In this document: in pieces, positions 9,899 to 18,131 of the stretch
Numbering within the stretch: the first letter of the stretch is position 1
How the letters are laid out: every line of letters starts with the position of its first letter
Assembly: GCA_022823665.1 (NCBI GenBank)
Contig: JAJEHN010000015.1
Location: 4,195-68,194, forward strand
Reading direction: 5' to 3'
Source: Thermoanaerobaculia bacterium
Lineage (GTDB): Bacteria > Acidobacteriota > Thermoanaerobaculia > Multivoradales > Multivoraceae
DNA: 64,000 bases
Notes under the pieces: model-generated
The model's database searches: none
What the model was told of the DNA's origin: nothing
The model's input: the letters and a program-made list of their open reading frames with translations, nothing else
Translations under genes and position numbers: made by a program

Positions 9899-10642
9899 GT
9901 GAGAGCTACACGAAGACTGCATCCATTCGCCGCGCGGATCGCCCCGCTCGGTCTGGCGATCCTGGCTGCTTTGCCGGCCGGCTGCGGCGGCGACCCGTCC
10001 GCGGTCGCCACCACCGTCGTCGAGGGACAGGGCGCCCTCTCCATCAGGGGCGAGGTCTGGGCCGACAACTGGTTCGCCTTCTACCTGGGCGACCGCCTCA
10101 TCATCGAGGATTCCGTGCCGATCACGACGGAACGGTCGTTCAACGCCGAGACCTTCGTCTTCAACGCCGACTACCCTCTGCAACTGAACTTCGTCGCCAA
10201 GGACTTCAAGCAGGATGACACGGGTCTGGAGTACATCGGCCGCCGCAACCAGCAGATGGGCGACGGCGGACTCATCGCACAGTTCACGGATACGGCCACG
10301 GGAGTACCGATCGCGGAGACCGACTCCGCCTGGCGCTGCCTGGTGATCCACGAGGCGCCGCTCGACCGCGCCTGCGTAGACGAGGACGAGCCTGAACCGG
10401 GCGTGGGACCGTGCCGGTTCACGGCGACGCCGGAGCCCGAAGGCTGGCGCAACCCTGGCTTCGATGACGGCGAATGGCCGTCGGCGGTCGAGCACAGCGC
10501 GGCGGCGGTCAGGCCGAAGGGCGGCTACGACGACATCTCGTGGCGGGACGGGGCGAGGCTGATCTGGTCGGCCGATCTCGAGACGCAGAACACGCTGCTT
10601 TGTCGGCTGACTGTGGGGCAACCAGTCAGCGCTTCGCCATGA
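9899..10642 (+). CDS. Hypothetical lipoprotein
   Basis: Lipobox LAILAALPAGC follows a GTG (VRATRRLHPF...). No recognisable catalytic motifs. Its 3' end overlaps the convergent enoyl-CoA hydratase stop by 17 nt. Confidence 0.45.
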   Translation: MRATRRLHPFAARIAPLGLAILAALPAGCGGDPSAVATTVVEGQGALSIRGEVWADNWFAFYLGDRLIIEDSVPITTERSFNAETFVFNADYPLQLNFVAKDFKQDDTGLEYIGRRNQQMGDGGLIAQFTDTATGVPIAETDSAWRCLVIHEAPLDRACVDEDEPEPGVGPCRFTATPEPEGWRNPGFDDGEWPSAVEHSAAAVRPKGGYDDISWRDGARLIWSADLETQNTLLCRLTVGQPVSASP

Positions 10643-11405
10643 AGGCGGCGACGGCTTCTCGGTGCGCGTCGCTCGTGTAGGCGGCGTTCAGCTCTTCCAT
10701 CTCGCGGCGGTGGACCTCGTCGAGATCGTGCGATGAACCGTTCTTCGTCAGCAAGCGCTTGATGGCGCGGAGCGAGCTGTCGGCGTTCTCGCCGATCCGG
10801 GCGGCGAGTTCGAGCGCCCGGTCCAGCGTCTGGTCGTGCGGAACGACGGCGTTGGCGAAGCCCATCTCCCCGAGCTCCGTAGCGTCGTAGAGGGTTCCGG
10901 TCAGGCACATCTCGCTCGCCTTCGCCCAGCCGACGCGCTGCACGAGGAAGTGCGACGAGCAGAGTTCCGGCACCAGCCCCATCCGTACGAAGAACATGCC
11001 CACGCGGGCGCGTTCCGAGAGGACGATGACGTCGAAGGGCAGAGCCAGGGTGATGCCGACGCCGACGGCCACGCCGTTGATCGCGGCGATCATCGGCTTC
11101 GAGTCACGCACCAGTTCCACCCAGGGACGCGGCGGCCTGCGGTTGGCCTCCGCCCCGGCCTCGCCGCCGTCGAGCCGGGCCTTGAACTGCGCTCCGATGT
11201 CGGCGCCGGCGCAGAACCCGCGTCCCGCGCCGGTGACGACGATCGCCGCCAGCCCGGGGTCGTCGTTGGCGGCCTCGATCGCATCGACCAACTCGAAGTT
11301 CATCTGGCGGGTCCAGGCATTCAGCTTGTCCGGGCGGTTCAGGGTGAGGATGCGGGTGCGGCCCCGGTCCTCGACCAGGATCTGTTCGTAGTTCGGCGCG
11401 GTCAT
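10626..11405 (-). CDS. Enoyl-CoA hydratase/isomerase (crotonase family)
   Basis: 259 aa, MTAPNYEQILVEDRGRTRILTLNRPDKLNAW...GAGRGFCAGADI (oxyanion-hole motif). Only the C-terminal 259 codons of the 856-aa track ORF are credible. Confidence 0.85.
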   Translation of the reverse strand: MTAPNYEQILVEDRGRTRILTLNRPDKLNAWTRQMNFELVDAIEAANDDPGLAAIVVTGAGRGFCAGADIGAQFKARLDGGEAGAEANRRPPRPWVELVRDSKPMIAAINGVAVGVGITLALPFDVIVLSERARVGMFFVRMGLVPELCSSHFLVQRVGWAKASEMCLTGTLYDATELGEMGFANAVVPHDQTLDRALELAARIGENADSSLRAIKRLLTKNGSSHDLDEVHRREMEELNAAYTSDAHREAVAAFMAKR

Positions 11406-11470
11406 GGATGGTCTCCCCGATTGGCCCCTCCCGGGCCCGTGATGGAAATGCGCGGCGCGCCCGGAGCGTC

Positions 11471-12178
11471 TCAGGCTCCCTCGAGCACCGGCTCGATGCG
11501 CGGCGGCGGCGCGGTCGCCTCGGCCCGGCGCCGCGCCAGGGAGATCCGCGCGCGGCGCGCAACGAACCAGACGCAGACGAGGAACAAGGCGATCGCGTTG
11601 ATCCGGAGCGGCAGGATCATCGTCGTGTGCACCGTCTCCGGCGACGACTGCATCTGGTGGATGCTCCGCCACCAGTTGACCGAGAAGTAGACCAGCGGCG
11701 CATTGACCGAAGCGACGATGCTCGCCGCCGCCGTCCATGGCGCGCGCCTGTGCTCCTCCGCGAAGCGGCGCAGCGCCAGCACGCCGAGGAAGGTCAGCCA
11801 CATGACGAAGGTGAAGGTCAGCCGGGGATCCCAGGCCCAGTAGACGCCCCAGGTCGGCTTGGCCCAGACGATGCCGGAGAGCAGGCCGGCGGTCTCCAGA
11901 ATGACGCCGACCTCGATCACCCCGACCAGCATGCCGTCGATCCAGTCCTTCCGCTTCCACAGCGAAGCGGCGCCCACGAAGCCGGCCCCGAGGAAGCAGA
12001 CAAGCGCGTTCCACTGCAGCGGCACGTGGACGTAGAGGATGCGGTAGACCTCGCCCATGAAGCGTTCCGTGGGCGCCACGAAGAGGCCCAGGTAGACGCC
12101 TCCGATCAGCGCGGCGAGGCCGACCAGGCCGAACCAGTGCTCCCAGGCCCAGCCGCGTTTCGCGTCGACGGCGGTCAT
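11471..12178 (-). CDS. ccmC: Cytochrome c-type biogenesis heme exporter protein C
   Basis: 235 aa, 6 TM. The WWD signature (GVYWAWDPRLT) and conserved His residues are diagnostic of CcmC. No other ccm genes are in the window. Confidence 0.8.
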   Translation of the reverse strand: MTAVDAKRGWAWEHWFGLVGLAALIGGVYLGLFVAPTERFMGEVYRILYVHVPLQWNALVCFLGAGFVGAASLWKRKDWIDGMLVGVIEVGVILETAGLLSGIVWAKPTWGVYWAWDPRLTFTFVMWLTFLGVLALRRFAEEHRRAPWTAAASIVASVNAPLVYFSVNWWRSIHQMQSSPETVHTTMILPLRINAIALFLVCVWFVARRARISLARRRAEATAPPPRIEPVLEGA

Positions 12179-12254
12179 CGCGCCGGGACGTTAGCACCGC
12201 CGCCCCGTCTTGATACGGTCGGCGCTCGATTTCAGGCGGAGGAGCACACGGGCG

Positions 12255-13148
12255 ATGACGGATTCCACGAACATCCTGGGCAAGCTGGGCGTCTGGGCCG
12301 GGCTCGACGGCCTGTCGGCGACGCAGGCAGCCGAGTTCGCGGCCGCCATCGAAGCCCAGGGCTACGGCGCGCTGTGGACACCCGAGGCAGTCGGCCGCGA
12401 CCCGTTCGCGCTCGTCGCGTATCTCGGCGCCCGCACCGAGCGCATCACTCACGCCACCGGGATCGCCAACATCTACGCCCGCGACGCGATGACGACGAAG
12501 GCGGTGCACAAGACGCTGTCCGAGATGCTGCCGGGGCGCTTCGTCCTCGGCCTCGGGGTTTCCCATCCGCACCTGGTCACCCACCTGCGCGGGCACGAGT
12601 ACAAACCGCCGGTGCCGAAGATGCGCGAGTACCTGGAGGCGGTCGGCAAGGCCTTCTACCGCGGAGCCGAGCCCGAGCAGGAAGCGCCGATCGTGATCGC
12701 CGCCCTGCGGCCGTTGATGCTGAAGCTCGCCGCGGAGGGCGCCGACGGCGCCCACCCCTACCTGGTCACGCCCGAGCACACGCGGCGAGCCCGCGAGATC
12801 ATGGGCGAAGGCCCGCTCCTGTGCCCCGAGCAGAAGGTCATCCTGACCACGGACGCCGAAGCGGCCCGCAAGATCGGCCGAGCCAACCTCTACGTCTACC
12901 TGCGGGCACCGAACTACCAGAACAGCCTGCTGGAACTGGGCTACAGCGAGGACGACTGGCAGGAGTTCCAGGCCAGCGACCGCCTGGTCGACGCCCTGGT
13001 TGCCTGGGGCACGGAAGACCGGATCCGTGAACGCATCCAGGCCCACTGGGACGCCGGCGCCGACCACGTCTGCATCCAGGCGTTCCGGCCCGACGGCAAG
13101 CCGGGAGCGGACCTGGACGCCCTGGCGACCCTGGCCCCCGGAGCCTGA
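12255..13148 (+). CDS. LLM-class (luciferase-like, probable F420-dependent) oxidoreductase
   Basis: TIM-barrel LLM family, of the MSMEG_4141-like kind (LGKLGVWAGLDGLSATQAAEFAAAIEAQGYGALWTPEA...). Start moved to M16 (MTDSTNILGKLGVW). Confidence 0.75.
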   Translation: MTDSTNILGKLGVWAGLDGLSATQAAEFAAAIEAQGYGALWTPEAVGRDPFALVAYLGARTERITHATGIANIYARDAMTTKAVHKTLSEMLPGRFVLGLGVSHPHLVTHLRGHEYKPPVPKMREYLEAVGKAFYRGAEPEQEAPIVIAALRPLMLKLAAEGADGAHPYLVTPEHTRRAREIMGEGPLLCPEQKVILTTDAEAARKIGRANLYVYLRAPNYQNSLLELGYSEDDWQEFQASDRLVDALVAWGTEDRIRERIQAHWDAGADHVCIQAFRPDGKPGADLDALATLAPGA

Positions 13149-13181
13149 CGGCCCGCAGCAACCGAACGAAGGAGAACGACC

Positions 13182-14378
13182 ATGAAGAACCGCCACTCCA
13201 CCTCCCTCATCGTGACCGTCGCCGTCTTCACACTGGCCGCACTCGCCTGCGCCCCGGCCGAGGAAGCCCCCGAACCCGTCGATCTCGAGGCGCCGCTCGC
13301 CGACCTCGGGGAAGGCTGGAACACGATCACTCCCGGCGGGAGCACGACCTGCTCCGACGGTTCGCCGTTCCGGTTCTTCGTCCGCAAGGCCGATCCGACC
13401 CAGCTCGTCTTCTACCTCCAGGGCGGCGGTGGATGCTGGACCGCCGAAACCTGCGACCCGCAGGGCCGGCCCACCTACACGATGACCGCGATCGAGGAGA
13501 TGCGCTCACCGAGCGGCACGGAGCCCGAAGAGGGCGCGGCCCACGGCATCGCCGCGTTCAACCATCCGGAGAACCCGTTCGCCGACCACAGCTTCGTCTT
13601 CGTGCCCTACTGCACGGGCGATGTCCACATCGGTGACCGCGACACGGTGTACGACGTTCCGGCGACCGAAGAGGAACCGGCGCGCCAGGTGACGATCCAT
13701 CACCGCGGCTACACGAACGGCCGGGCGGCCCTCGACTGGACCTACGAGCACTTCGTCGGACCCGAGACGGTGTTCATCACCGGCTCGAGCGCCGGCTCCA
13801 TTCCGTCGCCGGTTTACGCCCGCCACTTCGCGGAGAACTATCCGACCGCCCGCATCACCGCGCTGGGCGACGGCGCTGGCGGCTACCGCAACCTGACCGA
13901 GGGCCGGCCGCACGAATCCTGGGGAACGCTGGCCGCGCTGTCCCACTTCGAGAACATGAACGAAGTGGACAGCGACAGCTTCTCGTTCGAGGCGCTCTAC
14001 ATCCAGGCCGCGAAGGCCCACCCCGAGGCGATGTTCACGAGGTATGACACCGCCGAGGACGACGTCCAACTCCAGTTCCTGCGAATCGCCGGCACCAACG
14101 TCGACGACGGCCTGCAGCCGCTGCTCGACGCGAACGAGGCGGACATCGACGCGGCGCTCGAAGGCCAGGACAACTACCGCAGCTACATCGCGGCGGGCGA
14201 GCTGCACACGATCATGCTGCGGCCGCAGTTCTACACGTACGAATCGGACGGCGTGAAGATCCGCGACTGGGTGGCGTCGCTCGCCGCCGGCGAGCCGGTC
14301 GACGATGTCCACTGCGGCGACTGCAGCGGGTCGCCTGAGCCGGAAACGGTGGAAGGCGGCGAAGCGACCGGGCCGTAG
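13182..14378 (+). CDS. Pectin-acetylesterase/Notum-family (PAE-like) hydrolase lipoprotein
   Basis: Lipobox TLAALACAP. The PAE-family signature FYLQGGGGCWTAETC. The catalytic Ser context (ITGSSAGSIPS) is consistent with the PAE/Notum esterase fold. Confidence 0.55.
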   Translation: MKNRHSTSLIVTVAVFTLAALACAPAEEAPEPVDLEAPLADLGEGWNTITPGGSTTCSDGSPFRFFVRKADPTQLVFYLQGGGGCWTAETCDPQGRPTYTMTAIEEMRSPSGTEPEEGAAHGIAAFNHPENPFADHSFVFVPYCTGDVHIGDRDTVYDVPATEEEPARQVTIHHRGYTNGRAALDWTYEHFVGPETVFITGSSAGSIPSPVYARHFAENYPTARITALGDGAGGYRNLTEGRPHESWGTLAALSHFENMNEVDSDSFSFEALYIQAAKAHPEAMFTRYDTAEDDVQLQFLRIAGTNVDDGLQPLLDANEADIDAALEGQDNYRSYIAAGELHTIMLRPQFYTYESDGVKIRDWVASLAAGEPVDDVHCGDCSGSPEPETVEGGEATGP

Positions 14379-14408
14379 AAAGGTCGGCCTTCGGCCGGCG
14401 TGTCAAAG

Positions 14409-14447
14409 CCGCCTTCGGCGGCGGCGGGTCAGAAGACCCGCGCACCC
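14409..14447. repeat. REP-like ~39-bp double-hairpin element, copy 1
   Basis: gccgccttcggcggc + gcgggtcagaagacccgc (two GC-rich stem-loops) in the convergent intergenic gap at 14379-14452. It is the near-exact reverse complement of copy 2 (one mismatch). Confidence 0.55.
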
Positions 14448-14452
14448 AGTTT

Positions 14453-15586
14453 CTACTCCGGGAAGAGGCTCCGGTCCATCCCCGGGATGATCTTGAGCGC
14501 GTTGCGGAAGTAGATCTTCTCGAGCGCCCGGTCGGACAGGCCGAGGCCGTACATCTTCCAGTGGGCGTGGCGCTTCCGGTAGTAGTCGAAGTACTCATCC
14601 CGCGTCTCCAGCACGCGGAAGTAGATGTGGTAGCCCTCGATCGGGTCCCAGGAGTCCTTGCCCATCAGGACGCGGTCCTGGTACTGCTCGAGAAAGGCAG
14701 CGCCCGTGATCGGCTGCCGGCCGAGTTCGGCGAGGACCGCGCCGAGTTCGGTGTAGACGTTCGGCAGCTCGTCGAGCAGCTCGCCGAGCCGCGCCAGGTC
14801 GTTGCCGAGCCAGCCGAGATGGGCGTTGATGAAGGTCGTGTCGGGATGATTGCGGAACAAGTTGTGCTGCTCCCCCATCGTCTGCTCGAAGGAGGCGAAG
14901 CGCTTGGGATCGTCGCGACGCCGCCTCGGGAACATCTTGAGTTCGAGCCAGCGCTCGTTGTGCTCGTCCCAGGGGTCCCAGAACGGTGACGGCTCGCCGA
15001 CGTGGATCAGGACCGGGATGCCCAGCTCGCCCGCCTTCTCCCACACCGGAGCGATCCGCGGGTCGTCGGCCGCCACCCGCTGGCCGTCGCTGTCGGTCTG
15101 GAACATGCTGAGGTTCTTGTAGATCTTGAGACCCTGTGCGCCCGCCTCGACGTCGGCTTCGAGCTGCGCCGCCGCCTTCTCACCCCAGCCGGGTTGGCCG
15201 ATGCCCGAGAAGTCGACGTTCGCGTACACGACGAATCGACCCGGGTAGCGGCCCTTGGTGGCCGCGATGTTCCGCTGCAGCCCCTCGCCGCTGCCGCCGC
15301 TCAGGTTGACGAACACGGCCATGTTCAACTCGTCCATCGTCTTGATCATCTGGTCGATCCGCGCCGCATCGCCGCCGCGCAGATGGCCGTGAGCGTCGAC
15401 GAAGGGGAACTTCGCGCGCGTCACCGGTCCGCCCGGCACCTTGAGCGTCGAGCGCGGCTCGTACGCCTCCACGGTCATCTCCTGGCCGACGGCCGGCAGC
15501 GCCGCGGCGAGCAGCAGGGAGGCGAGCAGGAACCACCTCGGACCAGCGATTCGGATCGACGCGTTCGAACGGTGAGTGGCCGGCAT
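14453..15586 (-). CDS. Amidohydrolase-family (TIM-barrel metal-dependent hydrolase) secreted protein
   Basis: Signal peptide after the internal Met (MPATHRSNASIRIAGPRWFLLASLLLAAALPAVGQ). HxH metal-binding motif (FVDAHGHL). C-terminal motifs of the amidohydrolase_2 family. Confidence 0.65.
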   Translation of the reverse strand: MPATHRSNASIRIAGPRWFLLASLLLAAALPAVGQEMTVEAYEPRSTLKVPGGPVTRAKFPFVDAHGHLRGGDAARIDQMIKTMDELNMAVFVNLSGGSGEGLQRNIAATKGRYPGRFVVYANVDFSGIGQPGWGEKAAAQLEADVEAGAQGLKIYKNLSMFQTDSDGQRVAADDPRIAPVWEKAGELGIPVLIHVGEPSPFWDPWDEHNERWLELKMFPRRRRDDPKRFASFEQTMGEQHNLFRNHPDTTFINAHLGWLGNDLARLGELLDELPNVYTELGAVLAELGRQPITGAAFLEQYQDRVLMGKDSWDPIEGYHIYFRVLETRDEYFDYYRKRHAHWKMYGLGLSDRALEKIYFRNALKIIPGMDRSLFPE

Positions 15587-15683
15587 GTTCTCTTCCTCGG
15601 GTTCCAGATTGCTCGGCAAAGGCGTTGAAGCGGTCGGAGTCTACGGCAGGTTCCACCAGGCTACCCGCGTATACTCGCCGGCG

Positions 15684-15962
15684 ATGTCCATCGTGCGCGC
15701 CGCCGAGGTCGTCGTGCTGCTCTGCACCGTGTACATCGCCTGCGGCCTGGTCTTCGCAACGCTCTTCGCCTGGCGCGGCGCCGACCGCATCGATCCCGCC
15801 GTTAGGTCGGCCGGGCTCGGGTTCCGCCTGATCATCCTTCCCGGCGTCGTCGCGCTATGGCCCGTGCTGCTTCGCCGGTGGCTCTCCGGCCCCCTGCCGC
15901 CGGTGGAGCGCAACGCGCACCGCGACGCGGCCGAACGCCGCGGCAAGGGAGGTTCCGGATGA
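15684..15962 (+). CDS. Small membrane protein (2 TM), first gene of the lipid operon
   Basis: 92 aa from the internal Met MSIVRAAEVVVLLCTVYIACGLVFATLFAW...LIILPGVVALWPVLL. Its stop overlaps the next start (ATGA). Confidence 0.4.
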   Translation: MSIVRAAEVVVLLCTVYIACGLVFATLFAWRGADRIDPAVRSAGLGFRLIILPGVVALWPVLLRRWLSGPLPPVERNAHRDAAERRGKGGSG

Positions 15963-16153
15963 TCCGCGGCCTGCGCCGCCGCCACCGGCTGATCTGGGCG
16001 GTGCTGTTTCCTGTCGTGGCGTTGATACTGGTAGTCGCGTTGCTCTCGAGGCCCGAGCCGCCGTTGATGGACGAGATTCCCGCCGTGCGCCCGGTCGAAG
16101 CCGAGACGGTCAGCGGTGCCGAGGACCCTCAGCGGGAAGATGAAGGCCCGTGA
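15959..16153 (+). CDS. Small membrane protein (1 TM)
   Basis: 64 aa, MIRGLRRRHRLIWAVLFPVVALILVVALLS followed by an acidic tail. ATGA overlaps on both sides (with 15684..15962 and with the Rieske gene). Confidence 0.35.
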   Translation: MIRGLRRRHRLIWAVLFPVVALILVVALLSRPEPPLMDEIPAVRPVEAETVSGAEDPQREDEGP

Positions 16154-17220
16154 GCGCCGAGTACCAGGCGGTCCTCTGGAACCGCAACAAGAAGCTCTAC
16201 GACCTGACGATCGCGGCCGGCGTCGTGGCCTTTCTCGGCATCTTCGTCGGCATCGGCATCGCGACCCGCCCGCAGGCGACGATCGAAACCCTGCTGATCC
16301 GCGGCTTCGGCGCCGGCGCCCTGCTGCTGCTCCATGTCGTGCTCGCCATCGGGCCGCTCTGCCGGCTGGACTCCAGGTTCCTGCCCTTCCTCTACAACCG
16401 CCGCCACCTCGGCGTCTGCACGTTCCTGCTGGCCCTGGCTCACGGCGGGTTCTCGATCGTCCAGTTCCACGGCCTCGGCGTCCTCAACCCGCTGGTCAGC
16501 GTGCTTGCCAGCAACGGCAACTACGGCAGCCTGACCCAGTTCCCGTTCCAGGCGCTCGGCCTCCTGGCGCTGGTCATCCTGTTCCTGCTGGCGGCGACCT
16601 CGCACGACTTCTGGCTCGCGAACCTGACCGCGCCGGCGTGGAAGGCGCTCCACATGCTGGTCTACGTCGCCTACGGACTGATCCTGGTCCACGTGGCGCT
16701 GGGAAGCCTCCAGGCTCCGGAGCGATCGCCGGCGCTCGCCGTCCTGCTGGGCATCGGCTTCGCCGGCGTCGCCTCGTTGCACCTCGTGGCCGGCTGGCGC
16801 GAGCGCGCCCCGGCGCCGAACGCCGAGGTAGGCGGTGCCGCGGTCGATGTCTGCGCCGTCTCCGACATCCCCCTCGACCGGGCCCGGATCTTCCTGCTCA
16901 GCGGCGAGCGAGTGGCGGTGTTTCGTTACAGCGCGGACGGCGGCGAGCGAATCGCGGCCGTCTCCAACGTCTGCCAGCACCAGAACGGACCGCTCGGCGA
17001 AGGCCGGGTGATCGACGGCTGCATCACCTGCCCGTGGCACGGCTACCAGTACCGTCCCGAGGACGGCTGCTCGCCGCCGCCGTTCACGGAGACCATCCCG
17101 ACCTTCAACGTCCGCGTCGAGAACGGCCGGGTGCTGGTCGATCCGCGTCCCAATCCGCCCGGGACCCATGCCGAGCCGGCACGGCTCGGCGCCGCGACCG
17201 GCGCCGGGGAGCCTTCGTGA
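16150..17220 (+). CDS. Ferric-reductase-like transmembrane bis-heme domain fused to a Rieske [2Fe-2S] domain
   Basis: N-terminal six TM helices carrying two His pairs spaced 12-13 residues apart (RRHLGVCTFLLALAHGG; ALHMLVYVAYGLILVHVALG). This is the FRD/YedZ-type heme-b ligation pattern. The C-terminal Rieske box is CQHQNGPL...GCITCPWHGYQY (CxH-x16-CxxH). Confidence 0.8.
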   Translation: MSAEYQAVLWNRNKKLYDLTIAAGVVAFLGIFVGIGIATRPQATIETLLIRGFGAGALLLLHVVLAIGPLCRLDSRFLPFLYNRRHLGVCTFLLALAHGGFSIVQFHGLGVLNPLVSVLASNGNYGSLTQFPFQALGLLALVILFLLAATSHDFWLANLTAPAWKALHMLVYVAYGLILVHVALGSLQAPERSPALAVLLGIGFAGVASLHLVAGWRERAPAPNAEVGGAAVDVCAVSDIPLDRARIFLLSGERVAVFRYSADGGERIAAVSNVCQHQNGPLGEGRVIDGCITCPWHGYQYRPEDGCSPPPFTETIPTFNVRVENGRVLVDPRPNPPGTHAEPARLGAATGAGEPS

Positions 17221-18131
17221 CCGGCGAGCGCCACGACGATTTCTACGTCGGCTATGTCGACGAGACGCCGCCTCGCGTCGCGCGTTTCGCCCGCCGCGCC
17301 GCGATCGGCCTCGTGCTACTGGCCACCGCCCTGGGCGCCGGTCTGGCGCTGCTGCTGGAGCGGTTCGACGAAGGCGTCTTCGAGTACGGCACGGTGCGGG
17401 ACTACGAAGGCGAACTGTTCGTCGATCCCCATCCCCGGCTGCTGACGGCGGACGGACCGGCCGAGGGCTATCTGCTGGTCGGCGTGGGTAAACGGGCACT
17501 CGATGTAACCGGCGAGCCCAGCGCGCCCTCGACGCCCTCGCCGTCCAGGAAGACCGGGCTTTCGGGCACGCTCATCCGGAACCCGGAAGCGGCGATGCTG
17601 GAAGTCCACTCCCTCGATCTCCCTGAAGGAACCCTTGAAGCTGGACCCGCCGTCGAGCCGGACGCTCGGGCCGCTCAATCCGCTCCGCCGACCAGCGGCT
17701 CGCCCCTCGACGGCGAGAGGGCCGGTCCGGAGTCCGAGGTGACAACCATCGTCACTCACGTCCGTGGGCACACCCTGCTGGGCGAGATCGTCGACACGAA
17801 GTGCTATCTCGGCGCCATGAAGCCGGGCCGCGGCAAACCCCACCGGGACTGCGCCTCGCTCTGCATCCGGGGCGGCATTCCGGCCGCGCTCCTGGTGCGG
17901 ACGGAAGGCGGAGAGCGTCACCTGGTCCATCTGCTGAACCCGCAGGGCAAGCCGTTGGGGCGCGAGCTCCTCGAGTGGGTGGGCGAACCGGTGGAAGTGT
18001 GGGGAACCCTGAGGCGGCGCGAGAACCGCCTGTTCCTGCGGACAATCACCATCAGACCGACACGCGCCCCGGCGCCATCCATCGTCGTCCCGGCGGCGCG
18101 CGAACCCGGGGCTGCAACAGCCGATGACTGA
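17217..18131 (+). CDS. Membrane-anchored hypothetical protein
   Basis: GTG start overlapping the Rieske stop (GTGA). 304 aa. One N-terminal TM (AAIGLVLLATALGAGLALLL). A Pro/Ser-rich linker. A C-terminal domain with conserved Cys/His (CYLGAMKPGRGKPHRDCASLCIRGG). Its stop overlaps the olsB start by 8 nt. Confidence 0.5.
   Translation: MTGERHDDFYVGYVDETPPRVARFARRAAIGLVLLATALGAGLALLLERFDEGVFEYGTVRDYEGELFVDPHPRLLTADGPAEGYLLVGVGKRALDVTGEPSAPSTPSPSRKTGLSGTLIRNPEAAMLEVHSLDLPEGTLEAGPAVEPDARAAQSAPPTSGSPLDGERAGPESEVTTIVTHVRGHTLLGEIVDTKCYLGAMKPGRGKPHRDCASLCIRGGIPAALLVRTEGGERHLVHLLNPQGKPLGRELLEWVGEPVEVWGTLRRRENRLFLRTITIRPTRAPAPSIVVPAAREPGAATADD

Noticed and set aside
10626-13196. 856-aa read-through ORF, and the 540-aa plus-strand ORF at 11408..13030
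   Set aside because: Only the last 259 codons encode a crotonase. The upstream part runs antisense through ccmC and the LLM gene. The plus-strand ORF is antisense to ccmC.
16116-18131. 671-aa plus-strand ORF, and the 456-aa minus-strand ORF at 16129..17499
   Set aside because: The first is an alternative frame across the Rieske gene. Only its last 304 codons, from the GTG at 17217, are coherent. The second is antisense.
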